From: a virus
Virus genome (UHGV): UHGV-0120889
DNA: 64,000 nucleotides
Direction: 5' to 3' (one strand)
Shown here in pieces: positions 18,528-27,675 of the stretch. A program made the position numbers and the translations under genes. A model generated the notes under the pieces. The model had not been told where the DNA came from, did no database searches, and saw nothing but the letters and a program-made list of their open reading frames with translations. Numbering within the stretch: position 1 is the stretch's first letter; each line of letters opens with the position of its first letter.

Positions 18528-18877
18528 GTTTCCTCCATTATCACGTGATAGGTGGATTTTATCATAGCAAATACTGATTGTCAAGTTCGCCGCAGGGTGG
18601 TATTCCCTGCGACTTGTCCAGCGTCCTGGACCAGCAAGACCCAACAAGTGGGTTTTCCAGCTATACCCATTACCGCGCACAGGCTCGACCTTATTACAGG
18701 TTGGCTGGGGTCACATCGTCATGTGCTGGCTGCCCCTACCATTTTAAGTGTGGTGCACTATCAAGCCCTCTAAGGGGAACTCAGCTTTCTCCGAACCCTG
18801 TTTCAAAGCATCCGGAGATAAAAAGCCATCAAATTCATCTTTAAATTGGATATTCATCATGATACACGAAAACAACC

Positions 18878-19120
18878 TCATTGTAAAGCACAAATAAATA
18901 AAACATACTTGATTTGTTTGTTATCGGGCTCAGGGTAGAAGTAGAAGATCTTGCTATCACCGATCTGAACACCACCATCCCAACAGCATAGCCCATAACC
19001 CGTATTCATACAAGCTAAGTCGTTGGCAAAATCTATTGCATCATCCAGTGCACGAAATTCACCTTCATCTTCTAAATAATCCTCATTCATGGAACGAAAA
19101 ACGAGCTTAACCTTAAACAT
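18878..19120 (-). CDS. hypothetical protein (80 aa)
   Basis: ORF track. Confidence 0.4.
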   Translation of the reverse strand: MFKVKLVFRSMNEDYLEDEGEFRALDDAIDFANDLACMNTGYGLCCWDGGVQIGDSKIFYFYPEPDNKQIKYVLFICALQ

Positions 19121-19196
19121 AGCATTACCTGTAGACCTCGTAAGTTAAAATTGTATCACATCATATTGCAGATCTTATCAGGTAACATTATTTTTG

Positions 19197-19406
19197 TCAA
19201 CAGATTCCGGCCTTATCCCTCCTGTCTGCGTATTCTTTAATCGCAACCTCATCTGCATTGGTGACTAAATCTTCAAAGTAACTCTCAAGCTCCTCGTCAA
19301 TGTCAGGAAACCAACTCTTTTTCCTATCAGTGTGAATCGCAGACTTGTTGAATTTATTACAGTTCTTTGCTACCGGATTGTTCATTAATCGCCCCTCAGC
19401 GTTCAT
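19197..19406 (-). CDS. hypothetical protein (69 aa)
   Basis: ORF track; overlaps upstream gene stop. Confidence 0.35.
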   Translation of the reverse strand: MNAEGRLMNNPVAKNCNKFNKSAIHTDRKKSWFPDIDEELESYFEDLVTNADEVAIKEYADRRDKAGIC

Positions 19407-19974
19407 AGTAAATCTTATTTAACATTACCTCATCCTTTGCAGAAAGAATACCGAGATATGCATCACCGAACCTACCTGCAACAACCTCTACATGATACAT
19501 AACTTCGTTAATATCGTCAAGAGTGATAACTGGATGACCGTACCTCTCTGAGTATTGTCTCAGAGTGCGATGTAGGGAATCATCATCGTAGGCAGACTTT
19601 TTAATATCACAAACACGACGAATAGCCTTGATGTCGAAAAACCCTGTGCGATACCAACCAAGAAAAAGGTTTCGTACAGTGTCAACACCTACATCAACAC
19701 CGTCAAGAACCTTATCTACAAGATAGCTGTCATCCTTTGGACCTGCTTCCTTAGTTCGAATGTAGTTGCCATCTTTTCCTGGTGACAGCTCCTTCTCATC
19801 ACCAACCTGAATGCCATCATTTGGCGGTGTTAACCACTTATCCGGATGCTTACGATCACGAGCGTTAGAATGATTACGCTGGAAACCTGGCTTCCACTTG
19901 AAAGTTTTCTCCATCTGTTCTTCATTCTGATAACGTTTTGCAATCTTTTCACGGTCATCTTTGCGTGGACTCAT
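19396..19974 (-). CDS. hypothetical protein (192 aa)
   Basis: ORF track; GAGGAGG RBS upstream of ATG at 19974. Confidence 0.5.
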   Translation of the reverse strand: MSPRKDDREKIAKRYQNEEQMEKTFKWKPGFQRNHSNARDRKHPDKWLTPPNDGIQVGDEKELSPGKDGNYIRTKEAGPKDDSYLVDKVLDGVDVGVDTVRNLFLGWYRTGFFDIKAIRRVCDIKKSAYDDDSLHRTLRQYSERYGHPVITLDDINEVMYHVEVVAGRFGDAYLGILSAKDEVMLNKIYYER

Positions 19975-20480
19975 AGCTGCCTCCTCTTCAAGTTATAGAA
20001 AAACTCACTGTATCGCTTTGTAACGAGCTTTTCTATCAAACTGGTGCGATTGCCTTACCTGGTATAGTTTATATAGCTGTGGAGCGATTTAGGGGCCTTC
20101 TTGTCCGTTTCCACACATAAACTTCATCCAAGCTCGCGCGGGAGACTCTCAACCGACTCCTTACGGCGCTGGCAAGCTTTCGTCGGTGGTCCACATCAGT
20201 GCTCGGCCTTTGGCCTGCGCTATCGCTTCGCTCCCACACATGTTAACAGACCTTCATGTATGCACTTCTGTTATTGTGTGCACCAAGGAGGCCCGGCATC
20301 TCGCCCCTCGTAGGCGAGTGCCAATGAAGGGCCGACACTACCTATAGTAAGTAATAAATTTAAAACATGGTACTTAGGATCTAGTATATTCTACATAAGT
20401 TAAGTATATGTACTTAGTACCATAAGTACTAGATCTTTTATTTTTTTTTTATTATTTAGTTATTTTAGTTATATTCTTTA

Positions 20481-20567
20481 TGTGTCCGTATCACGGACAG
20501 TTAGTGTCCGTATTACGGACAGATGTGTCCGCGTGACGGACAGTAGTGTCCGTATCACGGACAGTTA
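20481..20567. repeat. array of four 17-bp palindromes TGTCCGT-N3-ACGGACA at ~21-22 bp spacing (operator/iteron-like)
   Basis: Read directly: TGTCCGTATCACGGACA, TGTCCGTATTACGGACA, TGTCCGCGTGACGGACA, TGTCCGTATCACGGACA. Confidence 0.8.
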
Positions 20568-20630
20568 CTAACCTCTGTTCCAGAGTGAACATAAAACATA
20601 CGAATCCTTATAGTACAGATATTTAAGTTT

Positions 20631-20990
20631 TTACTGGTCTAACCAGTTGTTGACATTCGAATAACTTCTTCTGGTGGCAAAACTTTGGAAAATGTGCATC
20701 TTTTTACCTCTCCCTTGTGTGGATATTTCAACCACTCCTGCACATTCTAAAGTTTTAACGCACGCTGCTGCTTTTGTTTTCTTTATCCCAATATCTGCTG
20801 CAATTTTCCTTGTGCTGGGCGTGAAGCGTGAATTTCCTCCAAGCTTATACCAGTTGTGCAGGTAGCAGTATACGATCTTGTCATATAAGTCAAGAACAAC
20901 AACCTCACCAGTTGTGTCATTCAAAACTTTTGACATAGACAGTATTTCAAGGGGGACTTTAAGATATAGCAGCTTATCCCCATCTTTCAT
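20631..20990 (-). CDS. putative HTH DNA-binding protein (119 aa)
   Basis: Helix-turn-helix-like segment (RKIAADIGIKKTKAAACVKTLECAGVV); adjacent to palindrome array. Confidence 0.45.
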   Translation of the reverse strand: MKDGDKLLYLKVPLEILSMSKVLNDTTGEVVVLDLYDKIVYCYLHNWYKLGGNSRFTPSTRKIAADIGIKKTKAAACVKTLECAGVVEISTQGRGKKMHIFQSFATRRSYSNVNNWLDQ

Positions 20991-21037
20991 ATCTCCTGAT
21001 TCTCCTTGTGTGGCAATTTTCTTTAAAATAGCAGGGA

Positions 21038-21592
21038 TTACTCCACGCTGTCAATAGCAAGACTCATTGCAATACGGTATGCCTCTTCTAATGGTAAGAG
21101 TCTCCCCCACACATCCCAACCGACATCAAACTGCCTGCCAAACAACTGCTGTGTGGTTCCGTGAGCATGACCGAACAGTTGGACCGATCCGTGAGGCTTT
21201 CTGTTCCACTTTGCAAACTGGTAATGGCTCATACAGATCAAATTCTTGTTGTGGCGAAGCTCGTAATAATCTACAACCTCATGACCGAACTCTTTCATAA
21301 TTCTGACAGTCGTCCTTGTGTCATGGTTACCACGAACAAGAATAATATGTCCGTTCAACATATTTAGAACATCTGGGAGCAATTTGTTAATATTCTTATC
21401 ATTAGTGCACGCAATATCTCCTAAGTGAAACACAGTGTCTGCAGGTGACACAACAGAGTTCCACTTGGTGATGATCCCCGCATTCATACTGTCAAGATTG
21501 TGATCATACTGAGATCTGTGTTTTTGACATGAGTCAAACTCCATGACCCGCTGGTGGAGAAAGTGTGTGTCGCTTGTTACAAAGTATTTCAT
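21038..21592 (-). CDS. calcineurin-like metallophosphoesterase (putative polynucleotide 2',3'/3'-phosphatase)
   Basis: Metallophosphatase motifs VTSDTHF, HLGDIA, VRGNHD, GHAHG; start at internal ATG 21592 with GAGGAA RBS. Confidence 0.65.
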   Translation of the reverse strand: MKYFVTSDTHFLHQRVMEFDSCQKHRSQYDHNLDSMNAGIITKWNSVVSPADTVFHLGDIACTNDKNINKLLPDVLNMLNGHIILVRGNHDTRTTVRIMKEFGHEVVDYYELRHNKNLICMSHYQFAKWNRKPHGSVQLFGHAHGTTQQLFGRQFDVGWDVWGRLLPLEEAYRIAMSLAIDSVE

Positions 21593-21599
21593 ACATTCC

Positions 21600-22010
21600 T
21601 CATTTAAGTTTAATGCAGTTTTTAAGCTGGCGTTCCATACGATCCACAACCCTGTCTGGAACATCATGAATGCTTTTACTACCATGGCGGTTTTCAACCA
21701 CGATTACGGTATAACTATACCCATGACTGATCGCCATGTCAATATATTCTTGCACATATTTTTCTTTTGTAAATGTATTACTTACCACGATACGGTCGTA
21801 TCCCATACGCATCATATCTTCTACGTTATCTTTGCACCATTTTGCTGCAAGTGTTACTTTACTTGCATCCCAGTTGTAATTTCCATCATCGTCGTACCAG
21901 AACATGTCGTTCTCAAAATGTGGATACAGACCTTCTAAAGATAGCGCACTTGCCAGTGTTGATTTGCCAGACCCTGGTAGACCACGCACGATATATAGCA
22001 TTTTAGACAT
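21600..22010 (-). CDS. P-loop polynucleotide 5'-kinase-like protein
   Basis: Walker A GLPGSGKST, VVSNTF and ENRHGSKS...R motifs resembling Pnk kinase domains; ATG 22010 with GGAGG RBS. Confidence 0.55.
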   Translation of the reverse strand: MSKMLYIVRGLPGSGKSTLASALSLEGLYPHFENDMFWYDDDGNYNWDASKVTLAAKWCKDNVEDMMRMGYDRIVVSNTFTKEKYVQEYIDMAISHGYSYTVIVVENRHGSKSIHDVPDRVVDRMERQLKNCIKLK

Positions 22011-22110
22011 AGTAATCCTCCGTTTTAATTTCAACGATAGTATACCTAACTGTTTTGTTAATTTCAAGTGTTGACACTAGGTTATTTGTGTGGCAGGATA
22101 GACTGACAAA

Positions 22111-23046
22111 ATGACAAATGAGGAACGTATGATGAAGTATTTTAATGCAGACGACCTAGTTGACAAAGGTCTTGTAACCAGCAGATATCACCCAGACCTT
22201 GGGTTAAAGATCTATAAATATGCCAGAAAAGTATTCTACAACAACTTATGGCATTTGTCTCCTCGATTACTGGAGTGCCGAGGCATTGTTGTCGGTAATG
22301 AAGGAAATGTTGTGGCATGGCCCTTTACAAAAGTGTTTAACTTGGGAGAAAACTCCACCAACCTGCCTGACAATAAGCTTGTGACGGCGGTAGAGAAAAA
22401 GAACGGATTCCTTGGTGTGGTGTCATCTCATAAAGGTGAACTATTGTTCTCAACAACCGGGTCTCTTGATTCTCCATATTGTAACCTTGCAAAGGAAACC
22501 ATCCAGGAGCAATGTGGTAATTTAGATCTTATCAAGAAGGTTATGGGCAATGAAAATATGACATTCATGTTTGAAATTTGTCACCCATCAGATCCGCATA
22601 TTGTTCAGGAAGATCATGGCGCATATTTGATAGGTTGCAGATATAATGATTCTGGAATAATGCTACCAGAAGCAGCTTTAGATTGGATTGCCAAATACCT
22701 TGGTGCAAAACGTCCTCACACTGTGCGTGAAATTCCGTTCAGTTATGCAAAAGAATTAGCTGCAGAAACAAGAGGTGAAGGGTATATGATTCGTAAGCCT
22801 TACTACCCTTATGATCTGCAGCTGAAGATTAAGTCTCCATACTATCTGGCACAGAAGGCCGTAATGAGGGGTAAAGCTTGGAAGATTTGGGATGATGATA
22901 TCTTTAAACGTGTTGACGAAGAGTTTTACGGCATGGTAAACTTCATTCGTAACAACTACACAGAGGATGTATGGAACTGCCTCCTGGAGCAGGAACGCCG
23001 TGAGATACTCGATTACTATTTCCACAACGAGAACTATATGCAATGA
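22111..23046 (+). CDS. RNA ligase, Rnl1-like nucleotidyltransferase
   Basis: Motif I KKNGF (lysine ~97), motif IV EGYMIRK, motif V LKIKSPYY; divergent from kinase/phosphatase genes. Confidence 0.6.
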   Translation: MTNEERMMKYFNADDLVDKGLVTSRYHPDLGLKIYKYARKVFYNNLWHLSPRLLECRGIVVGNEGNVVAWPFTKVFNLGENSTNLPDNKLVTAVEKKNGFLGVVSSHKGELLFSTTGSLDSPYCNLAKETIQEQCGNLDLIKKVMGNENMTFMFEICHPSDPHIVQEDHGAYLIGCRYNDSGIMLPEAALDWIAKYLGAKRPHTVREIPFSYAKELAAETRGEGYMIRKPYYPYDLQLKIKSPYYLAQKAVMRGKAWKIWDDDIFKRVDEEFYGMVNFIRNNYTEDVWNCLLEQERREILDYYFHNENYMQ

Positions 23047-23393
23047 AGAAGTTGATTGTGTGGCTAGATGACTTGAGAGATCCGTCAAAGTACGGGCTCC
23101 AAGACGCTGTTTGGCTAAAGAATTCCTCCGAGTTTATAGATTTTATTAACGATAATAGAAAGCTCTACAGACGCGTTTCTGAGTGGCATATGGACAACGA
23201 CCTTGGAGAGGTATTCGAAGGGTACGATTGCCTATCTATGTTGGAGGAAAAATTTGTATTTGGTAAGCCTCCTGTAGTTGACAACGTGAAGATTTTCGTG
23301 CATACTTCTAACCCATCAGCGGCTCGTAAATTCATGCTTGCAGCTGACTCGTTTAAAAAGTTTGGAATAGAGATTAAACAAAACATCTACTGA
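23043..23393 (+). CDS. hypothetical protein (116 aa)
   Basis: ORF track; overlaps ligase stop. Confidence 0.45.
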   Translation: MKKLIVWLDDLRDPSKYGLQDAVWLKNSSEFIDFINDNRKLYRRVSEWHMDNDLGEVFEGYDCLSMLEEKFVFGKPPVVDNVKIFVHTSNPSAARKFMLAADSFKKFGIEIKQNIY

Positions 23394-23401
23394 GGACACT
23401 T

Positions 23402-24163
23402 ATGCGACGACTGATTATTATCTCCGGTGCTGGTTTGAGCGCTGAATCTGGTATTCCCACTTTCCGATCTGGTAGCACTGCAATGTGGGAGAATTTCAGC
23501 ATCGATGAGGTGTGCAACATCCACACCTTTGCCAAGAACTACTATAAGGTGCATGACTTTTACAATGCACGTCGTGTAGCTTTAGGCAGTGTTGAGCCTA
23601 ACCTTGCACATCTTCGGATCGCTGAGTGGTATTCCCGCTGGTCTGGTCGTGTGATCAACCTTACCACCAATGTAGATGATTTGCTGGAGCGTGCTGGTGT
23701 AAAACATGAAGATATTTTACATGTCCACGGGTATTTGCCAGAAATAGTCTATGAGGACGATGAAGGAAGTGACGTCATTAAGGACATTGGATACTCTGAG
23801 GTAGACGCAGGAAAGTATACCTGGGTTAAGCCTAATGTGGTGTTCTTCGGAGAAGTAGCTCCGAAGTATACAGACATGTATGACCTGTTGACTTCTCTTA
23901 CGAGCAATGATATGGTTATCCTTGTAGGGTGCTCCAACACAGTTATCAATTTTAACTGGGAGCTATTCCCTGCCTGCAATAAGGGAACCAAACTACTGAT
24001 CGTTAATAAATACGACTCACAGCATCTAGAGGAGAATGGCATTTCACGTAGTGATATTTACCAGTATGAGGATCGTGGCATCCCAGTTTGGTTTAACGGT
24101 GCGGTTGATGCCTTCTCTGATAAAACATTCATTGAGACTGTAGAAAACTTTATGGAACTTTAA
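23402..24163 (+). CDS. Sir2-family (sirtuin-like) NAD-dependent protein
   Basis: NAD-binding motif ISGAGLSAESGIPTFRS, catalytic HG (LHVHGYL), FFGE and LVGCS motifs; no CxxC zinc-ribbon pairs visible. Confidence 0.7.
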   Translation: MRRLIIISGAGLSAESGIPTFRSGSTAMWENFSIDEVCNIHTFAKNYYKVHDFYNARRVALGSVEPNLAHLRIAEWYSRWSGRVINLTTNVDDLLERAGVKHEDILHVHGYLPEIVYEDDEGSDVIKDIGYSEVDAGKYTWVKPNVVFFGEVAPKYTDMYDLLTSLTSNDMVILVGCSNTVINFNWELFPACNKGTKLLIVNKYDSQHLEENGISRSDIYQYEDRGIPVWFNGAVDAFSDKTFIETVENFMEL

Positions 24164-24176
24164 AAGGAGACCTTTA

Positions 24177-24890
24177 ATGCTGAATACTAAATTAATTGAC
24201 AACCTGGAAAAACTATCCCAACCTGAAAACTACCTTTGGTCTGCCAACTGGGTGGAAAACTGGAACCGTGTGGCAGCTAAAGTGAAAAAATCATACACAC
24301 CATTCGAATTACAGCTTAGCTTCATTAAGGAAGAGTTCAATGAAGTTTTGGAAGAGCTGGAGAAAGGTGATGGTGGAGATCACCTGCTAAAGGAGGCCTG
24401 CGATCTTCACGTTGTCACAAGTTATGCAGCTTATCTTGTTAATGACAATCACGAAAAGTGGTCAAACCTGTTTGATAATCCACGAGGTCTTAAGTTCAAG
24501 ATCGGTGAGTTCTATGACACACTGATCGCTGCGAAAAACACATCCAAGCAAAGAGCGTCAGCTTACCGTTTAGCGGAGTTGTCAACAGCTTTGCTGTTCC
24601 AGCTTCGCGGCGATGTGTGCGGGATGATGCGTAAGGTTCTCAAATCGAATGACAGCAAGTTTGCACGGGTCAACCATCTACGGTATTCACACGGTGCCAG
24701 TGCAGATATGCCTGCTGAACAACTCATAGAGTTGGAGATTAAAGATCTTGAGCGACGCTTTGATGGTCGATATGAAGGTTTTGTTGCTAAGGAAGAATTC
24801 TACAACGGTAATAAAGTTATCATATTCCTTGACAGTAAAGGTAAGATCATGAAGCCTTCGAGCTTCAAGGATGTAGCAGAGTATATTTAA
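24177..24890 (+). CDS. hypothetical protein, possibly MazG-like NTP pyrophosphohydrolase
   Basis: EEFNEVLEELEKGDGGDHLLKEACDLHVV resembles MazG EExxE...D motif; weak. Confidence 0.35.
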   Translation: MLNTKLIDNLEKLSQPENYLWSANWVENWNRVAAKVKKSYTPFELQLSFIKEEFNEVLEELEKGDGGDHLLKEACDLHVVTSYAAYLVNDNHEKWSNLFDNPRGLKFKIGEFYDTLIAAKNTSKQRASAYRLAELSTALLFQLRGDVCGMMRKVLKSNDSKFARVNHLRYSHGASADMPAEQLIELEIKDLERRFDGRYEGFVAKEEFYNGNKVIIFLDSKGKIMKPSSFKDVAEYI

Positions 24891-24897
24891 CAACATG

Positions 24898-24920
24898 GCC
24901 GGGATTACCCGGCTTTACTT
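24898..24920 (+). terminator. rho-independent terminator
   Basis: GCCGGG-ATTA-CCCGGC hairpin followed by TTTACTT. Confidence 0.6.
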
Positions 24921-24923
24921 GTT

Positions 24924-25262
24924 GTGGAAAGTATGCAAGTGAGGCAGATAGTTATGTACAAGCACTCTAGAGATCTTGAAAACGATGCTGTGTTTGGGGA
25001 TCAGATGAAAGAGTTGGTTAAACTTATAGGCAGGATAGAGGATAAGTTTGACACTAAGATCTACATCGACAGCAAAGTATTCAACCACAAAATATGGACA
25101 AATCTGTGTGTTGGACTACATGGAGATAAAGATGTGGTAAATTTAGTTGTAATTAAGTTCATAGTGTGGCAGAATAAAACTATAAATTATTACGATCCAC
25201 ACCTGCTTGTTTACCCAATAAAAGATCTATTAGATAAGGAGGACTGCAATGCCGTTATTTAA
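24924..25262 (+). CDS. hypothetical protein (112 aa)
   Basis: ORF track (start may be ATG at 24933). Confidence 0.4.
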   Translation: MESMQVRQIVMYKHSRDLENDAVFGDQMKELVKLIGRIEDKFDTKIYIDSKVFNHKIWTNLCVGLHGDKDVVNLVVIKFIVWQNKTINYYDPHLLVYPIKDLLDKEDCNAVI

Positions 25263-25518
25263 TCTTGCTAAACCTGTAGAAGCACACCAGTTTGACGGAA
25301 GCTCTTCATCAGTATCTGATCTGCAACGGTGGATTGATACAGGTGTGTTTACATCGTCACCTGTTCGGACCAGAGATCTTCGTCGCATGTGTGAGCTTGT
25401 AGAGCCGTTTGGTAACCTAGTCTTGTACCAGGGTGATTGGCTTGTTGATTTTATGGGGGACTGGTTGGTAATGAGTAAAGAAGAGATGTTTAAAATTTTT
25501 AAGGAAGAGGCCGAGTAA
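25249..25518 (+). CDS. hypothetical protein (89 aa)
   Basis: ORF track; stop overlaps ligase start. Confidence 0.4.
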   Translation: MPLFNLAKPVEAHQFDGSSSSVSDLQRWIDTGVFTSSPVRTRDLRRMCELVEPFGNLVLYQGDWLVDFMGDWLVMSKEEMFKIFKEEAE

Positions 25519-26801
25519 TGCATCAAATCAAAACAACACTGTACGCACTGAACAAAGATGGCAGCTACCAACAGTGGAAAGTATTCACGGATGGTGATAA
25601 GGTTATCGTAGAGTTTGGCAAGCTTGATGGTAAACTGCAATACAAAGAGACGATCTGCACACCTAAGAACGTGGGTCGCGCCAATGAAACTACAGCTGAG
25701 CAACAGGCCGAGCTGGAAGCGATCAGTAAGTGGGAAAAACAGGTCCGACTCGGGTACGTGGAAAGTATGGAAGATTGTGAGCAAGGTGTTGATCTTTTAC
25801 CCATGTTGGTGCATGACTACCTGAAGCGTGGCAAGGCACTTAAATTACCTTGCTGGATCTTGCGTAAGTTAGATGGCCTTCGTCTACTTGTTGTTTTCCA
25901 GAATGGTGAGCCTAAATTTATTTCCCGTGGTAATAAGTCCTACCCTATTCAAGGAAAGCTTCTGGAGCAACTTCGCTCTTTCCACCTAACCACCGGGATT
26001 AAACAGCTCGACGGAGAGCTCTATATTCATGGTCTACCTCTGCAGAAAATAGTGTCTCTTGCTAAACGGTGGCGCACACAGGAAGAAATTCAGGCCGAGA
26101 TCGATAAAGACTACAAGGCAGATAAAAAACGCCGTCAGGCTGCGATTAAAGCAGGTTTAGCAACATACAAAAACTTCAACAAGGTGGACATTCCTGTTGA
26201 TGTTGAGCCTGTTCGTGATGATTTGCGTTACGGAGGGTACTGCAGCTACGACTTAGAGTATCATATTTTCGATATTCCTAGCGATAAGGTGTGGTGGGAT
26301 CCTGAAACAGAGTCTGGTCGCTGTAAGGATCTTATGGAGGCAAACGGTGCTATTACTTCTTTGATGCTTGATCATATTAAGGTTGTTGATGCAGAGCTTG
26401 CATATACGGTTGATCGGTGCGAAGAGTCTGTTGGTATATTTATGTCTGAAGGATATGAAGGTACCATTATGCGTAACTTCTGTGGTAAATATGAGTATGG
26501 TCAGCGAACATCTGAAGCATTGAAATGGAAAAAGTTCAACGACGCAGAGGTGAAAGTTATTGACGTTGAGAAAGATAAGAATGATGAAGGTGTTCTTATC
26601 TGTGTTGACAAGGAAGGTGTTGTTGTTAAAATGAAGATGAAAGGCACGCACGAGGAGCGTAGCTATGACAGGATGCAGGAAATGATCGGCAAGTTTGTCA
26701 CCTTCAAATATCAAGCAAGGACAGAAGACAACAACTACCAATTCCCTGTCGGTATCTGCGTCCGAAATGTTAACCCAGATACTTGGGAGGTTCTGGAATG
26801 A
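25518..26801 (+). CDS. ATP-dependent DNA ligase-like nucleotidyltransferase (427 aa)
   Basis: Motif I KLDGLR, motif IV EGTIMRN, motif V LKWKKF; larger than the Rnl1-like protein. Confidence 0.6.
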   Translation: MHQIKTTLYALNKDGSYQQWKVFTDGDKVIVEFGKLDGKLQYKETICTPKNVGRANETTAEQQAELEAISKWEKQVRLGYVESMEDCEQGVDLLPMLVHDYLKRGKALKLPCWILRKLDGLRLLVVFQNGEPKFISRGNKSYPIQGKLLEQLRSFHLTTGIKQLDGELYIHGLPLQKIVSLAKRWRTQEEIQAEIDKDYKADKKRRQAAIKAGLATYKNFNKVDIPVDVEPVRDDLRYGGYCSYDLEYHIFDIPSDKVWWDPETESGRCKDLMEANGAITSLMLDHIKVVDAELAYTVDRCEESVGIFMSEGYEGTIMRNFCGKYEYGQRTSEALKWKKFNDAEVKVIDVEKDKNDEGVLICVDKEGVVVKMKMKGTHEERSYDRMQEMIGKFVTFKYQARTEDNNYQFPVGICVRNVNPDTWEVLE

Positions 26802-26925
26802 TGTAGGATGGTTTAGTAGGTAACGGTAGCCAATTGAATGATGGTTTTTCAATTGGCACCTACATAACCACACTATGCAGTGTTGTTGATCGGGTTAGTT
26901 ATGAGCAAACTGGAGAGTATGAAAA

Positions 26926-27396
26926 ATGAAACTTGATAAAAATGTTCAACGAAAAGCTTTCTTGGATATGATCGCATATTCGGAAGGAACAGATAATGGT
27001 AGACAACCTACCAAGGATCGGGGGTACGATGTCATAGTCGGCGGCAAGCTGTTCAGCGATTACAGCAAGCATCCAGGTGTTTACGTTAAGCTAAATGCTA
27101 AACTTACCTCCTCCGCTGCTGGTCGTTACCAGGTTTTGGAGAAGTTTGCTAAACACTACATGAAACAGCTAGGATTACCAGATTTTGGCCCTGCCAGTCA
27201 GGACAAGATTGCGTTGCAACTGATCCGTGAGTGCAAGGCTCTCGCCGACATTGACGAAGGGCGTATCCACGAAGCTATCCGCAAATGCCGTTCCCGCTGG
27301 GCTTCGTTACCCGGCGCTGGATATGGTCAGCATGAACAGAAGATCGAGAAGTTGATCGAGGTGTTTAAAAAGGCAGGCGGCATTGTCCTGGATTGA
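26926..27396 (+). CDS. endolysin, lambda R-type lytic transglycosylase
   Basis: Near-identical motif string to lambda R: QRKAFLDM, SEGTDNGRQ, GYDVIVGG, GRYQ, WASLPGAGYGQ. Confidence 0.85.
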   Translation: MKLDKNVQRKAFLDMIAYSEGTDNGRQPTKDRGYDVIVGGKLFSDYSKHPGVYVKLNAKLTSSAAGRYQVLEKFAKHYMKQLGLPDFGPASQDKIALQLIRECKALADIDEGRIHEAIRKCRSRWASLPGAGYGQHEQKIEKLIEVFKKAGGIVLD

Positions 27397-27459
27397 TCAT
27401 TGACATAACCACACGGACGTGGTATTGTTACCTCATAAAATGTTATGGAGTGTTTAACC

Positions 27460-27666
27460 ATGAAAGATTTTCTGTTGGCAATTTTGTTCATGGCAGCATG
27501 TCTGGCCTGTGGTGTCGTGTTTGCAGGTGAAACAGCGTATCTTGTCGATGTGTATCGGGACAATGGTAAACGTATTTGCCTTTATGAGACAAGCCAAGGT
27601 GAGCTCTACGAGCTTGTGAAACAAGGCGAGGCAGGTTCCTGCCCTCGCACCCATTTCTTTGAATAA
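27460..27666 (+). CDS. small secreted/lipoprotein-like protein (68 aa)
   Basis: ATG 27460 with GGAG RBS; N-terminal hydrophobic signal-like segment with Cys (LFMAACLACGVVFAG). Confidence 0.4.
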   Translation: MKDFLLAILFMAACLACGVVFAGETAYLVDVYRDNGKRICLYETSQGELYELVKQGEAGSCPRTHFFE

Positions 27667-27675
27667 GGGGGATAC

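Noticed and set aside
20101-20313. 70-aa plus-strand ORF in the GC-rich intergenic segment
   Set aside because: Arg/Ser/Pro-rich product typical of random GC-rich frames, no RBS, wrong strand for the surrounding leftward transcription unit; region treated as non-coding structured DNA/RNA.
20481-20567. Four tandem repeats as a CRISPR array
   Set aside because: Units are 17-bp palindromes separated by only 4-5 bp with no spacers of CRISPR size; pattern fits protein-binding operators/iterons.
26841-26869. 9-bp perfect hairpin GCCAATTGA...TCAATTGGC between ligase and endolysin as a terminator
   Set aside because: No U-tract follows on either strand; possibly a regulatory or processing site but not enough evidence to call.
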